A stretch of DNA of 57,976 nt, filler included, from Sphacelaria rigidula (lineage: Eukaryota), in assembly GCA_964200075.2 (NCBI GenBank). It is 9 parts of 9 records of this genome, joined end to end, with 100 filler letters (N's around TTAATTAATTAA, not from the genome) between each part and the next. Parts side by side here need not be neighbours in the genome. Positions count along the whole stretch, not along the records: positions 19,362 to 25,714 come from CAXNAA020020589.1; positions 25,815 to 32,167 come from CAXNAA020020590.1; positions 32,268 to 38,620 come from CAXNAA020020591.1; 6 more parts are not named here. One strand, 5' to 3'. This document shows, piece after piece, positions 25,604-38,200 of the stretch. The translations under genes and the position numbers were made by a program. The notes beneath the pieces are model-generated. The model searched no databases. It was not told the DNA's origin and saw nothing but the letters and a program-made list of their open reading frames with translations. How positions within the stretch are numbered: position 1 is the first letter of the stretch; every line of letters begins with the position of its first letter.

Positions 25604-25690
25604 ACGGAAGTCGTCATCCGTAAAAATTGGAACGGTACAGAGAAGATTAGCATGGCCTCTGGAGTAAGGATGACACGCATAAATCGAGAG
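25604..25690 (+). ncRNA. U6: U6 snRNA-like sequence, probably a pseudogene copy
   Basis: AAAATTGGAACGGTACAGAGAAGATTAGCATGGCCTCTGGAGTAAGGATGACACGCATAAATCG matches the conserved U6 core (ACAGAGA box at 25637-25643, AGC triad). There is a 5' stem ACGGA/TCCGT. The ISL is altered and there is no oligo-T terminator. Confidence 0.88.
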
Positions 25691-26944
25691 TTAACAAGCT
25701 GGGCCGCGTAAGATNNNNNNNNNNNNNNNNNNNNNNNNNNNNNNNNNNNNNNNNNNNNTTAATTAATTAANNNNNNNNNNNNNNNNNNNNNNNNNNNNNN
25801 NNNNNNNNNNNNNNGAGGTCTGTGCAGTATAGGAGGGAAACACGATCTCGATCGTTGTTGTGAAGAATTTTATACGTATTAATTCATCTGAATATTTACC
25901 GTTTCGTCGCTGAAGAGCATGAAAACTGCTTATATTGGACCAAAAACGGTCAACTACACCCTCCTAATGAACGGGTTATCAAGTCCGTATCGCCCCAAAA
26001 ACACCAACGTGAGCACTGTAGTTCAAGCGCGGCCAACGCTTTCTCCCTGAATCTACCGGCGCTAGCACTTTCAAGTAGTAGTGAGGAACGGTACTCCAGA
26101 AAAACTCGGAAAAAAGGACAACTACGAATTCTGAAAACTTCTGATGCTGACTACTATATTACGATTTGTTCGCCAGACACCGTATGCCTTACACTCTCAC
26201 AATATTCATCATTCCCGCTCCATTTCCCAGGCTGTTTGTGAACGTGAGCAGGCATAACTATTTGTATACGAGTTGGGCCAGTCGTGAAACGTGCAGATGC
26301 GCATCACACAACATCTCAAGTTTCCCGAATCAGCCCGATTTGAGCAGATCGCTGTGAACCTGCAGACCAACCTGGTCATGTACGCTATGCCGTCAAACGG
26401 GAAAAAAATGAGGAGAAATGTGCTGCATAATGTATGACCTTAACAATTGAACGTAAAAAATAGGGGATCTGTCGGGATTCGATCTCGTGACCTCCACAAC
26501 GGGAGTCTGCTGTGTTACGTGGATTACAGGGGCAGAGCGGTGTCACACAAAAAGTGCCTGGCTGGGCCCAATTTCGGGAGTTTTGGGATGAATTTCACCA
26601 GGATCTCACGCTCGCAAGTACGTACACCATTTCTGGGGATGCCGCCGTTTTTCGTTTTTTTACGGAGGTATGGCATTTTTCTAGTTATTGCTGAAATATC
26701 AAATCCCTCCAACTTTCTTTTTTTCTTGGCATCCGGAGAAATTTAGTGTTGCGCGTGTTGGTATCGTGTCAATTGTTCAGCGCCTAACTCCTCAAATTTA
26801 GCACTGCTCGACGCGAAAACATTCAAGAATCACCGGCAGCCGGCCCAACTCATGAGTTCCTGAAGGAAGGCTGGGTGTCTGGGTGTATCTTCTTCGCTTG
26901 GTTTTACGATTTTTTGGGTGTCACAAGCTGCGGGAGGTCAGACT

Positions 26945-27455
26945 CTCGGAACAGTTTCACGTTTGGTTAAAACCTCACGCCGGTTTTGAGAGGTCGAAGA
27001 CTGAATTTCAAATACGTGTTGCTGGATGTGAGCCTGAGATTGCCAGTGTCTGATTGATCAGAGTTCCGATCGGTTTAATCAGTTTATTGGGGTCATGAGT
27101 GGCGCGAAGCCCAGCTTCCTAAAACACTGTCACGGTTACTCAAAACGTCACGCCGGGTTTGAGAGTGGACGTTTAGAAACCAAATTACATGCACATGTTC
27201 CTCCAACGAGGCCTGAGGTTGATATTGTCGAGGTGCTCGGCGATTTTGTCACATCAAAAGGTTCCGTTGGGTCAAAAGCCGGCGGAAATCTCCGACAACC
27301 TCACATTCTCGGAACAATTCAACGTTACTCAAAACTGCACAGGGTTGGAGAGTTGGGTAACAAATCTTCAATTGTGTTCCTCGAGATCGATCCGAGCTGG
27401 CCAGTGTCGAGGTGGTCGGTGTTCCGGTCGGTTTGAATGGTTTGTTGGGATCCCG
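26945..27455. repeat. Degenerate tandem repeat, unit about 180 bp with a higher-order similarity of about 360 bp
   Basis: Related blocks (..AAAAC.TCACGCCGG.TTTGAGAG..) near 26950, 27120 and 27310. GTTCCG.TCGGTTT.A...GTTT.TTGGG.TC occurs at 27063 and 27421. Confidence 0.6.
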
Positions 27456-29231
27456 TTCATATCCGACGGCGTGGGACCTCAACAAACAAGTGATACCGCC
27501 CGAGTCCCCGACCACCTCGACACTGGCGACGTCACATTTACCTGTAGGAACACGTGAATCAATACTTGTCGACTGTATCTCAAGCCGTGAATCCTGCGTG
27601 CCGAGAAAGGTTTTGTGCCCTTTCCGTCAATAAGCTTCGTATTTGCTGTCAATGAGCCTGCACACCTTCCTCCTTGTGTTCATTGTGATATATATATATA
27701 TCTATATATGTGCACCTTTGTACCATGGTCCGATAGATTTATTGTCACTTGGTGAAGTTCTTATTAATGAGGGCTGCTTGTTGGTCGATTTGATCAATAC
27801 AATGCACGAAGTGCGTCGGCAGTATATTGCTATTGGACGGACCGAGTATATTGTCAGTATAGTGTTTTGGTGCCATGAAGGCGCAGCCCGAGCCAACTCT
27901 CGCACCCCCCGCCGGCTGGTGAGGGTGTCCCGCTGGAGACAAGAAGTTATTATTTTGACGCCATTCATCTACAAAATCCAGTCAACCGTAGGTGGTTCAG
28001 GGGAAGCATTCGACCGTCCGCAACGTATACGTAAGCCATCAAAAAGTACGAGCAATAACGTAAGGAGGGCGCTCCATGTGTGGGCGCTCGTTGAGGTATG
28101 CAGCCAAAGCTTTGCTGGAAACGATGTGCTCCGCGTAGCGGCGAATCGGCATCGGACAAAGGTGCACGGGTGACAGCACACCTCAGACAGATCGTGATCC
28201 ATGCCCCAAGTGAGTTGACCCGGATCTGTCACGAGATGATCCGTCCGATGTGTGATACGCTGCACTAGTTGATGGCAATCACGTCTAGTGACATCGGGAA
28301 AATCTCACTACATCTTATATAGCACGTGCAGATCCAGCGGATAATGTCACGATAAAGATGCCGCTCACTGTCAATCAACGAATTGCGAAATATTCACATC
28401 AACCAATATGCGTTGTTTCCAGTGCACGGCTATTGTGGTGTTCAACACTGTGAGCGGCCTGACTCGGTGTTGCAGTATTCACTTGGGATTGAAATATTTC
28501 CTTTGCAGGCATCATTGCGGCGTGCGTTCACAGTCGAATGCAAAGGGTATACACCTTGCGGAGTGTTGGTGTCAAGTAGAACCACAAAGACGCCATGCAC
28601 AATTCCCTTGTCCTTCGGGTGGAGCAGATTGCTTGCTGTGGATCTCCTTTGCACATGAGTACGGCAACGTGAGTATGGAAGTGCTTATCAGAGATGCCGC
28701 GCTCCGCGACACAAGATGCACCATTACGTTCGCACACTGGTTAGGGTTTACTCATGATACTGCATGCTGTAGTCATGAGGCCGTTGACCTCGCATGGTTG
28801 GGGGGAACGATGGGAGCGTGTGTTTGGGCGCTCTCCGCACCTTTTGTGGGCTCCCTTCATATTTCATGGATATAACCGGTAGGGCTTACGCTGATCTGGT
28901 CGTGCACGTATGACGCGTTTAAGGAACGGGTTTACTTTGCATGCGTCATAGATTTGCGATGAGGCAGATGAGAGTTTCACAAGTAGTCGCAAACGAAGAA
29001 TTGCGGCATCACACTCCGTGATCCTTCAGGCTAGTCGTTTGTAAGTACTCCCTTGCCTGGACTGCAGATACCTCCGTGTTACTTATTCCTCATAGTGCCA
29101 CGGTGAATTGCAGCAGTTATCTGCTGGGTCGTGCTAGCGGAGATAAAGTTGTCGACGATGCAACGTGGATGAAGAGAGGTTGTGCTAGTAATCGTTCACG
29201 TTAGGACGAATCAGAGTCCATACGAGTTGAC

Positions 29232-29440
29232 TCCCCATGAAATGACAGGATTCAACCATATGCCGCCTGTTGGTCCCGCATGAACCCGAGGGTGGATAAC
29301 ACATATGCAGTGCAGGCATCTTGCGCGCATTACAGTTGGGAGAAAAGTACGCGTGATTCAGGGCCCATGAAATGAGAGGATTCTAACATGTGCCGACTCT
29401 TCGTCCCGCATGAGCCCGAAGGTGGGGAACATATACGGGC
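29232..29440. repeat. Imperfect direct repeat, ~75-bp copies about 130 bp apart
   Basis: CCCATGAAATGA.AGGATTC.A.CAT.TGCCG.CT.TT.GTCCCGCATGA.CCCGA.GGTGG..AACA.ATA occurs at ~29234 and ~29364. Confidence 0.75.
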
Positions 29441-32269
29441 GCTTATCTCGAACAAATCACACATGGCAAGTTGTACATGCCATTCACGCCTCATGAACTT
29501 AAGAGTTGGTGGTATGCACAATCGATTCATTCAAATCGCAGTACAGGGGATGAAGATGTGCCAGTGATATACCCCGTATGAACGGAAGGTAGGAAACAGG
29601 TGCCTTTGACATGCACTGCACGAGTCACAAGCTCAAAATCTGTATAATTACAAATGATTTACGAATCGTACGATTCATTCGTTGGAATGATGAATATGAG
29701 TTGAATCACGATTTGTTTTTTTCGTATTAACCGTGCAATCGTTGGATTGTACATATATAGATATTGGTGAGCTCCGTGTCCCCGACACCAAGCACCCCTT
29801 TGACCAAATTCATGTTTGCAACTTTTACGGGATTTGCGGGGAAAGCGAATATTTGGAATAGGGGTATAGTTTGCAGGAGTTGGTGTGTGTGAATTGAGTT
29901 TGGGGACGACGAGGGCACCAATACTCATATACGAGCATTGAGGTTGGCGAGTATGTCAGTTTTGCCCAATCCTGAGAATGTGCACACAGGTACCACTTTG
30001 CCAGGGAAATTGCTCTGTATTGTTTCTTCAGCTGCTATGGTGCTGTCGCTTCTTGATGAAAAGAGGCCGGAGGGCTTCACATCCCATAAACGTCAGACAT
30101 ACTTAGCGGTTATTCTTGTATTTCCTAATCCTCCTCTCTCGAGTTTGCAGGCAACAGTTATCTAACCGTTCATGTGCGTGATATTCTCAACGGCACGAGT
30201 AACTTCGGATTCGATTTGGTGAACGCGAATCGCATGTGGATGTCTCCATATAATCCACAGGCCACGCTCGCAGACGGCTGGGGAATTTCCTGCACCCCCC
30301 CCGACGCATGGAGCGACAAATTCAAGGAACCGAGCCAACAGTCGCGGGGCTGGGAGAATGGGCATCGACAACAGTCGTTGGAGAAAGGCTCGGCGGGCTT
30401 TGGTGCTGACCATATCGGCACCGCTGCGAGGGCGTCATTTTCTGTTGCTCTCGGCTGGTCTGACGCGGTGTTTCGTACAAAGCTCATGGTGCCCATTGGC
30501 CGGGATCCCGAGGAAAAGTCGGCCAACGAAGCGAGGGGTTGAGTGAGCGATATGCCGAAGTGTGGGGAGGGGATTGATGAGAAGGCGTCTTGCGGAATTT
30601 CGATCTGTGATCGTAGTGCGGTGTAACATTGCATTGGACCTCAAAGTCGTTCGGTTAACTGCTCGATGATGCTGGTGTGCGCGACTGATCAAACTGGTAC
30701 CATTGAAAGCTCGTAGGGAAGATTAGTTCAAATCCCGGCAGACGCGTGGGTGCTTCTGCGATCATCGAATTCCCTTCGTTGAAAGGTTTGAAGACGTGAA
30801 CGACGAAAACAACTTCACGAGAGTTGGTGCCATGTGAGAGTGCTTATCCACTCCGCGGTGCCGAATTGTAAGGTTGACATCGGAGCAGGGATCTATTGAT
30901 CCCTTCAGCCTATCTAGATGACCCGAGAAGGAGGCAAGTTTTTGAAACTGATAACTTTTGTCACAATAACCACTGAGCCACGCAGCCAGCACTGACGAAG
31001 AGGCTCAGTCGCTATCGTGTTTTCTTGAATAAAGGTTGATCTGCTGTCTGAGTGTGCCAGTGTACTTTTAATATCTTGACAACAGTTCGTCCTGGAGTTC
31101 GATTTTTCCCATGGTCGTCCTGGGCCGAAATATTTTTGACAAGGAAATATAGGAGAGCACACCGCGGTGACCCGATGCAAACGCTCTAGGCCTTAATGAG
31201 CACAACACTCTCCGACATAGTAGCAGCGTTGGTTGCTGGAATGACAAGCCTGGGGCGAAACGGAGTTTGGTCTTCAGGCTTAATAGCTTGGACGGGCATC
31301 AGGGTGAACTTTTCATTTATCATAACCACTAAGTCACTCAGTTAGCGCTGGTTAAGTGGCTCGGTGGTTATAGTTACATCTTTCCATGCCATAGCAAACA
31401 AAAAGCTGAATCGAAAATGCATTAAATGTGCTCATCATGATCTCATAATTAAGCTATATGTTGCCCTGTGTCCAGGGCGCTTCCTATTTCAATATATTTT
31501 GGTGTTCGTGACGTTGCCGTCTCGTACTTCGGCGGTGAAACCAGAGTGGTCTCGGCTGGGCCCTTCCACTCTAAAGTGACAAGGTTTGTCCGTAACTTAT
31601 TTTGTGATTCACACGCGGTATCTATCTTCCATGGTTCGGCCGAATCATCGCCGATTTGAATATCCATATCGACGATTTCTTCAGCCTGACTGCTCGAAAG
31701 AGAGAAAACAATCGACCGCTGGTCGAACAGGTCTCCGTGCAACGTTTGCGCCATTCCACGTGCCTGGGCTACGCGTACCTGGGTTGTAAAGCTGAAAACA
31801 AAGCCTAAGGATTGATTCATGCGGTACAAATCAATTACACTAAAAAAATCGAATAATTTCCGGACGAATCATTGATTCGTCCCTTGCTATCTTCGTACGG
31901 TAGGCAGTGGAGGGACTGGTGGACTCGTTTCAATACCAAAACGCCTAGGTATTTAGAATAATGTAAATGTTCCGTCTTATGTCTCGTTCGAATCACGTGT
32001 TCCATACTGCCTGTACTGCAGTATGGTTGCGTCCTAGCATTCCCTGACAAAAACTACGCTCCCCGCGCCTCGTATACAGTCCATGATACGCAGACCATGT
32101 CGATGGTCTACAGTAGTCAGCGTCAGAAGTATGCAGAATGCGTAATTTCTTAGTTTCTCAAAGATTGNNNNNNNNNNNNNNNNNNNNNNNNNNNNNNNNN
32201 NNNNNNNNNNNTTAATTAATTAANNNNNNNNNNNNNNNNNNNNNNNNNNNNNNNNNNNNNNNNNNNNCG

Positions 32270-35200
32270 ACTCCGATCCTCAAGAATGTGACGCGAGAGA
32301 GCACCCGCCGAGACGATATCAAGGGGGACCTGGCCCCCGTGCTTGAATATGTAGCGGGGTTGCCTGCCACGCTGCGTCTCTTCCTCCGGGGTGTATTGCG
32401 TTCTGACACGGGGTTCGACAATGGCGATGAAGACGCTCCGATTCTGAGCGCGTGCGGGCAGCGCGAAAGCGTAGCGAGTCCCCACGGTGATGTGGGGGGA
32501 TGCAATGATGCGAAGAAAAAACATATTCTCCTGTATTTCTTTGCGACTATGTTGATCGAAGCTGTGCTGCAACGAGCATACAGGGCTCCCCACGAGCTCA
32601 TGCTCGCTCAGGCCCTGAAATCGTTTGGTGCTACGAGGAGAGTGAACGATTTCCTGGCGGTTCTTGGTCGTTGTTTGACGGACAGCCAACGTAACAAGCG
32701 AGAAGAGATTGTTGTCCATGAGAGGCGGGATCACGACGTTATTCCCTTAGCGCAGGGGACACCGGCTGTGGCTATCTACAACTGCGACATGAAGGCGGCG
32801 ATGAACCTTATCAAGACGGATTACGTCTCTTGCATCGCTGCAACATGCGTGGTGCCTGAGGATGACGAATCGTCTGAAAGGAATCTCCAACTGTCTCCGT
32901 ACTCGGAGTGGACACCGCTCTCGAAGTTAACAATGGAGGAGGTCAGGGACGGGCTGCCCCGTGACGATACCCGCCGGGTTTTCGATACATACGTGACGGA
33001 CCTCTTCGTCAGCGCATGCAGGAGCGCGGATCTGTTTCGAGAGGGAAAGGAAACATGCGTGGAGGCACAGCTCCGGCAGGTATGCCGACTCCCGCGCGCA
33101 TGTGGTGAAAACAAAATGTTGGGTTCGGCGGGTTGATGTAGGGGGTTACGGACAGCGTGGCTAAAACAAAATACGATGGAGTCCATTTGATGGAAGATCG
33201 ATGCCATTTCTCTGTTCGTGTGGGGGGCGGGCAAAAGATATGAGTCGGAACGACTGTACGGCTGAGGGATACAAGTGGAGCGGTAACACACGCAATGTAT
33301 GCATGCATTCTCTGTCCCTCACGTCGAGGTCCTGGTAGGGGGCACATGATATCTCGCACATGGGGATGCCTACAATCCCAAAGTGGGGTTGGCGGAAAAG
33401 CTGGTAATATGGTGTTGCTTTTTGAAACAAAACAAACAAAGAGGCGGGCCCACCGAGAGTCAGTGGATTGGGCCCTGGAAATTTTGGCCGGTTTTCCAGA
33501 TTATGTCCGCGCCGATGGGCGATTACGACTGCGTTGGGAAGCAAACGTGCATGTGGGTGCGTGAAAATGTATACATATACGGGTTCCAATTAAAAAGACA
33601 CCGAAGAATAAATCAAAAAGTCGCCTGCGGTGTCGGGGACACCGTTCAGGGTCTGTGTAATCGTCAGGATCTTCACCTATGGCACAGAGGAAATATGTAT
33701 ATGGAAATGTATACCGCATGTGCACATGTCTCGGGGCACATGCTTGAGAATGTAACTGCTAGGCTTGGGCGGACATAACCGTCTGGTCGATTTCTCCACT
33801 TTCCAATCGCGGACCCGCCGGTGCACACCCCGCCATGCAATCGTGCGCAGATACTCAAACCTGAGAAGCGCGTGCCGCAGAAGACTGTGCACATGTTCAT
33901 CCAGGAGGGGTCCACGAAAGACTACAACGCGATGGAAAGCGCTCTTCGTCGGATCTGCGACATGTTGCGCATGAGCGACAGCGATGGACGACCGAGTGCC
34001 ATCCTCGCCGGGGACGGCGAGACCTTCAGTTGGGTCCGGAAATATTCGCGCATGTACCCCGAGTTTGCGGAGAAACTCCTCCTCTGGCCCGGCGATTTCC
34101 ACATTATGTTCCATCTTGCCAAGGCTATGCTGAAACGTATTTGGGGCGCCGGCCTGGAGTTCGTTGCGAAAGAGCTCGGCAGCGATGACGCCAACGCCGC
34201 AGAAGGCACAAGCTATCGACGTGCCCACCACCAGATCACGGTGCTGTACGAGTCCTTCATGATCGTGATCACGACGATAATGCGAGACGAGATGGGGTCT
34301 GCTTTGAAGGAAGGCACAGATGGCGCCGACCAGGTGCGGCAGTGGATCGACCGCCGGTCGCGCGATTACAAGACTTTCAGGTTTTGGTCGCGATTCCTTG
34401 TAGTCGACTACCCCGCCTACTCAGGGGTGAGGATGGGCGTGCGCACCGGGAATCTGAAGCTCCGCAACGCCTCCCTCCGCGTCGCATCGCCCATTTTCTG
34501 CGAGTCCGGCAAGGATCACTACCAGACATCCATCGCCGGGCATCTCGGGGATGCAACACGGATGACGGACGGGGACTACGACGTCATGTGCGAACAATTT
34601 TCAACATCACTGGGCGGCGATGCCTTCTCTCGCGTGGCGTTGGACGAGCGGCAAGAGATTGCCAATCGGGGCTACAAGGGGACGGCGAAGAAAATCACCA
34701 GGAGCTTCGTCTCAAAGCTAGCCGCTATTGTTGGCGCACGAGAGAGAGCCACGGCGAAAATCGCAGAAGCCTTCTTCCCCGGAGTGAAGCAGGGCGACAC
34801 TGCGGTTGAAGTGCAAAACAAAAGGCACCCGGCCGTGCGTCAAGCGATGCGAGTCCTGTCGCACTCCCGAGCGTTTGGTGTCGACGGCCGGGACCAGCTC
34901 GTGGCGCTAGACGGTCGTGTCATGACGGAAAAAGAAGAGACGGAGATCCTGGACGTGGACGTGCCTCGCCGTTGCGACGAAATGTGGGCAGGTGTGATCA
35001 AGGGTGTAGTATTGGGGGACAAAACAGCGGACGGCGCGTCTAGGACTAAACTTAAGTGCATTCCCCCCGCGCGCACAAGCAAGAAGCCCACGAAGCAGGA
35101 AGGGAGATCATCGGCGTTGAAGAAGAGTGTCAGCAGCTTTAGCGCCCAAGCATTGGAACAGCACAACATCCTTCTGTCGCTGATTAGTCGTGGTCACCTC

Positions 35201-38200
35201 GTCACGCCACAGGAGCTCTTCAGAGCTGTTCTGCAGATCGGGACAGAGGTGCCTCAGGCCATGGCCATCGAAGACGGAGGTGAGCCGAGTGTATACATGA
35301 CATCGAAATGAAGAAAGTCCTCGGTATGACGGCAAATGAACAGTGAACAGACCATTATATTGTGTGATGTTGCACGGCGGATTGACGGTTGAGCCAGACA
35401 CATCGCTTTCTCCGCACGTTCAGCGATGGTGCTCATTGACTGAATTTCTCAGCCGTGTTTTTTATCTGTTTTTTTGGGGGGGTTGCTATCACGAAATATG
35501 ACACCTTCGGTCACCCGCGTCCGGTCGCAAAGGCGGCAACTTGCGCTGAACATATTGCACCGCAGTCGAGGGGCATTCGCCTGGCACAAAGGTCATTGGG
35601 CACCATCGCCGAAAGTGTGGAGACAGTACCGTTTTGGGTTTGAATGTGATGTGCCCCTAAACCCTCATATCACAGGATGTGTTCATCAGCGGGCGACCCC
35701 TCCCACCCCCCTGCCACGTTGTTTGTGCGTTGTATGTGGTCCACCGGAGTAAATTGATGTCGGTACTCGCAGGAGGTGCCGATGCACTCTCTTATTCGCT
35801 GTCGGGCGGAACCCGCTCCTGTAGAATATCATGAATCCTGTCTGCAGCCCTTCGCACACAAAAGTGCCGACGCTATATACCCCCTTGCCGCCCTATTGTT
35901 CAGGTGCGCGCCATGCCAACAAGTCACAGGGCCCAAAAAACTTCATGTCCAGCACGTGCCCAGATGCGATAAGAGAGGAGGAATTCTATTCGACGGAAGG
36001 ACACGCCATCGATCTTCCTTGCGAGATCCACAAGAGTCCGCCACCCGCCGTCCTTGCCGGAGGCGACGCGGCTGTGGTCGAGTATCACCGCGTGAACATC
36101 ATGGCGAAGTGCGCAGGCAGGACGAGGCTCATGGTCGTCTGTTATGATCGGGCTGACCTCGTGCCGCCGATCAAGGCACACGAGCAAGCAGGGCGGCAAG
36201 CGAAGAGGACCAAGTGCGACCGGGTGTTCGAGTTGAGCCGAAGTGATCGACTACCAGGCGGTTCGGAATATCAAGCATACTTGCGTGTACCCGGGAACCG
36301 AGACGCTATGGCTCGGGCGATTTGTGAGCGCACTCTCGGTCATGCGGAACTACAGCGCCAAACAGGAAAGGCCGTGGTATTTTACGGCGTCGATGTCGTC
36401 ATAGACCGGTCGGCCGCTCCAATTGTGGACAGCCGAGATCGGCAGCCGGCGGAGGCGGCGGTGACGGAGCCGAATGCAACTTCAGCATCGGGACATGGGG
36501 GTGAGAACATTACTCCGCCGGCGAGTGGACATGGCCAGATAGGGTTAAGACAGCGACGGCCTGTCGCGAATGTTGGCATGCACATCGCCTGCCGGGGCGC
36601 GCCGCCACCGGGTCCCGTCCCACACGGCGCGACCGCCGCGCCGGCGGTACCACCGACTGCGCCAGTCGGGTGGACAGCACCATATCTGCACGACCGCCCG
36701 GCACTGGCGGCAGTGTCGGTGAATCAGCCCCCGCCGTCTGTGTGGCATGCCGAAAGCAAGGTACAGGCGGTGGGTGTGGAGGCGAGCGCTGCACCCAGCG
36801 GCGGGGTTTTCTCACCACCGCCGCCGGCTTTGCTGACTCAACCGCCTCTCGGCGTCTGTGGGGACCTGTCGCAGACTGACAACGCCGCGGGGGGAGCAGC
36901 GATGATTTCCCCCGCTCTTCTTCTTCAACATGCCCGTACTGCATTTCTCGCGAACGCTGGTATGCACATCGCCTGCCGGGGCGCGCCGCCACGGCGTGCC
37001 GTCCCACACGGCGCAACCGCGGCGCCGGTGGTCGCACCGACTGCGCCAGTGGCGTGGACGCCACCATATCTGCACCACCGCCCGGCACTGGTGCCAGTGT
37101 CGGTGAATCAGCTCCCGCCGTCTGTGTGGCATGTCGAAAGCAAGGTACAGGCGGTGGCTTCGGAGGCGAGCGCTGCACCCGGCGGCGGGGTTTTCTCACC
37201 ACCGCCGCGGGCTTTGCTGAGTCAACCGCCTCTCGGCGTCTGTGGAGAAGATGATACCGCTGTGACGGCAGGGGCCGCTGGTGCCCGAAGCGGGGCGTCT
37301 ACAAGCCTGCTTCATTGGCATCCCGGTGCTGGTGACCCGGGGGCTATCCATCATGCACTCGGGCCGCAGATCGGGGAGGGGGAGCTCGCTGCACTGCACT
37401 TCATGATCAATCACGCCAAATACGCGCATCCTGACGGCAAGGCGATGAGAACGTGGACGCTTACTTCTGTCGACACGGATGAAATCATGATCGCGTTGCT
37501 GGCTATGGCGACGAAGAAAATAGCTACCGCGGGCCCGGACCGCACCGACGTAACCGTACGGCGGCGTTTGTCGAACGGTCCCAAATACGTGAACGTGAAC
37601 CGCGTGTACGAAGCGATAACTGGACTCCAAGATGGCCCTTGCGGTGCGTGGGAAGGGACCGCGGCGTGGGTGAAGGACTCCCCCCACACGAGGGTCGCCC
37701 TCTTCGCGCTGGTGTACTTGATGAGCGGCTGTGATTTTCTACCTTGTTTCCACGGACTACGTTTCCTCTCTATGTGGAAGGCGCTCCTGAAAGCCCTGCG
37801 CGTACCGGGTCTTTTCTCGAGGCCCCCGGTCACGTTTGAGGGCCGGGTGGTGTATGTAGACGAGGACGAGGTGGTGAAGTTTCTGGGGGTCGCTTTCTTT
37901 TATAAGAAGGAATCGGCGTTCTCCACGGCCGGCACCAGCGTGGAGTACATCCTCCGCGAACTGGCGGGGGGGAGGGTGACGCTGTTTGTGAATTGGGTAA
38001 GGTTTTTGAGGTTGAAGTTGGGCGGCAGGAGGCCAACAGACCTCGTGCCGCCCGCGGATGCGCTTCGCTTCCAAGCGTAGCGAGCAGGAGCCGTATTGGA
38101 ATATTGGATGGCGGGCATGGAGGAGTCGATGGCGGACGCGAAGTTCAACAATCGCGGTTGGAGTACCACGTCTCAAGACGCACAGACGCCCATGACGAAG

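Noticed and set aside
26462..26532. tRNA-like sequence on the minus strand (B-box-like GAGATCGAATCCC, possible GTG anticodon)
   Set aside because: I could not fold a convincing acceptor stem and D-arm; at most a decayed tRNA-derived SINE head.
30174..30634. GC-richer ORFs of 122-154 aa in contig 5
   Set aside because: No recognisable motif, no clear splice sites, and overlapping ORFs on both strands; function unsupported.
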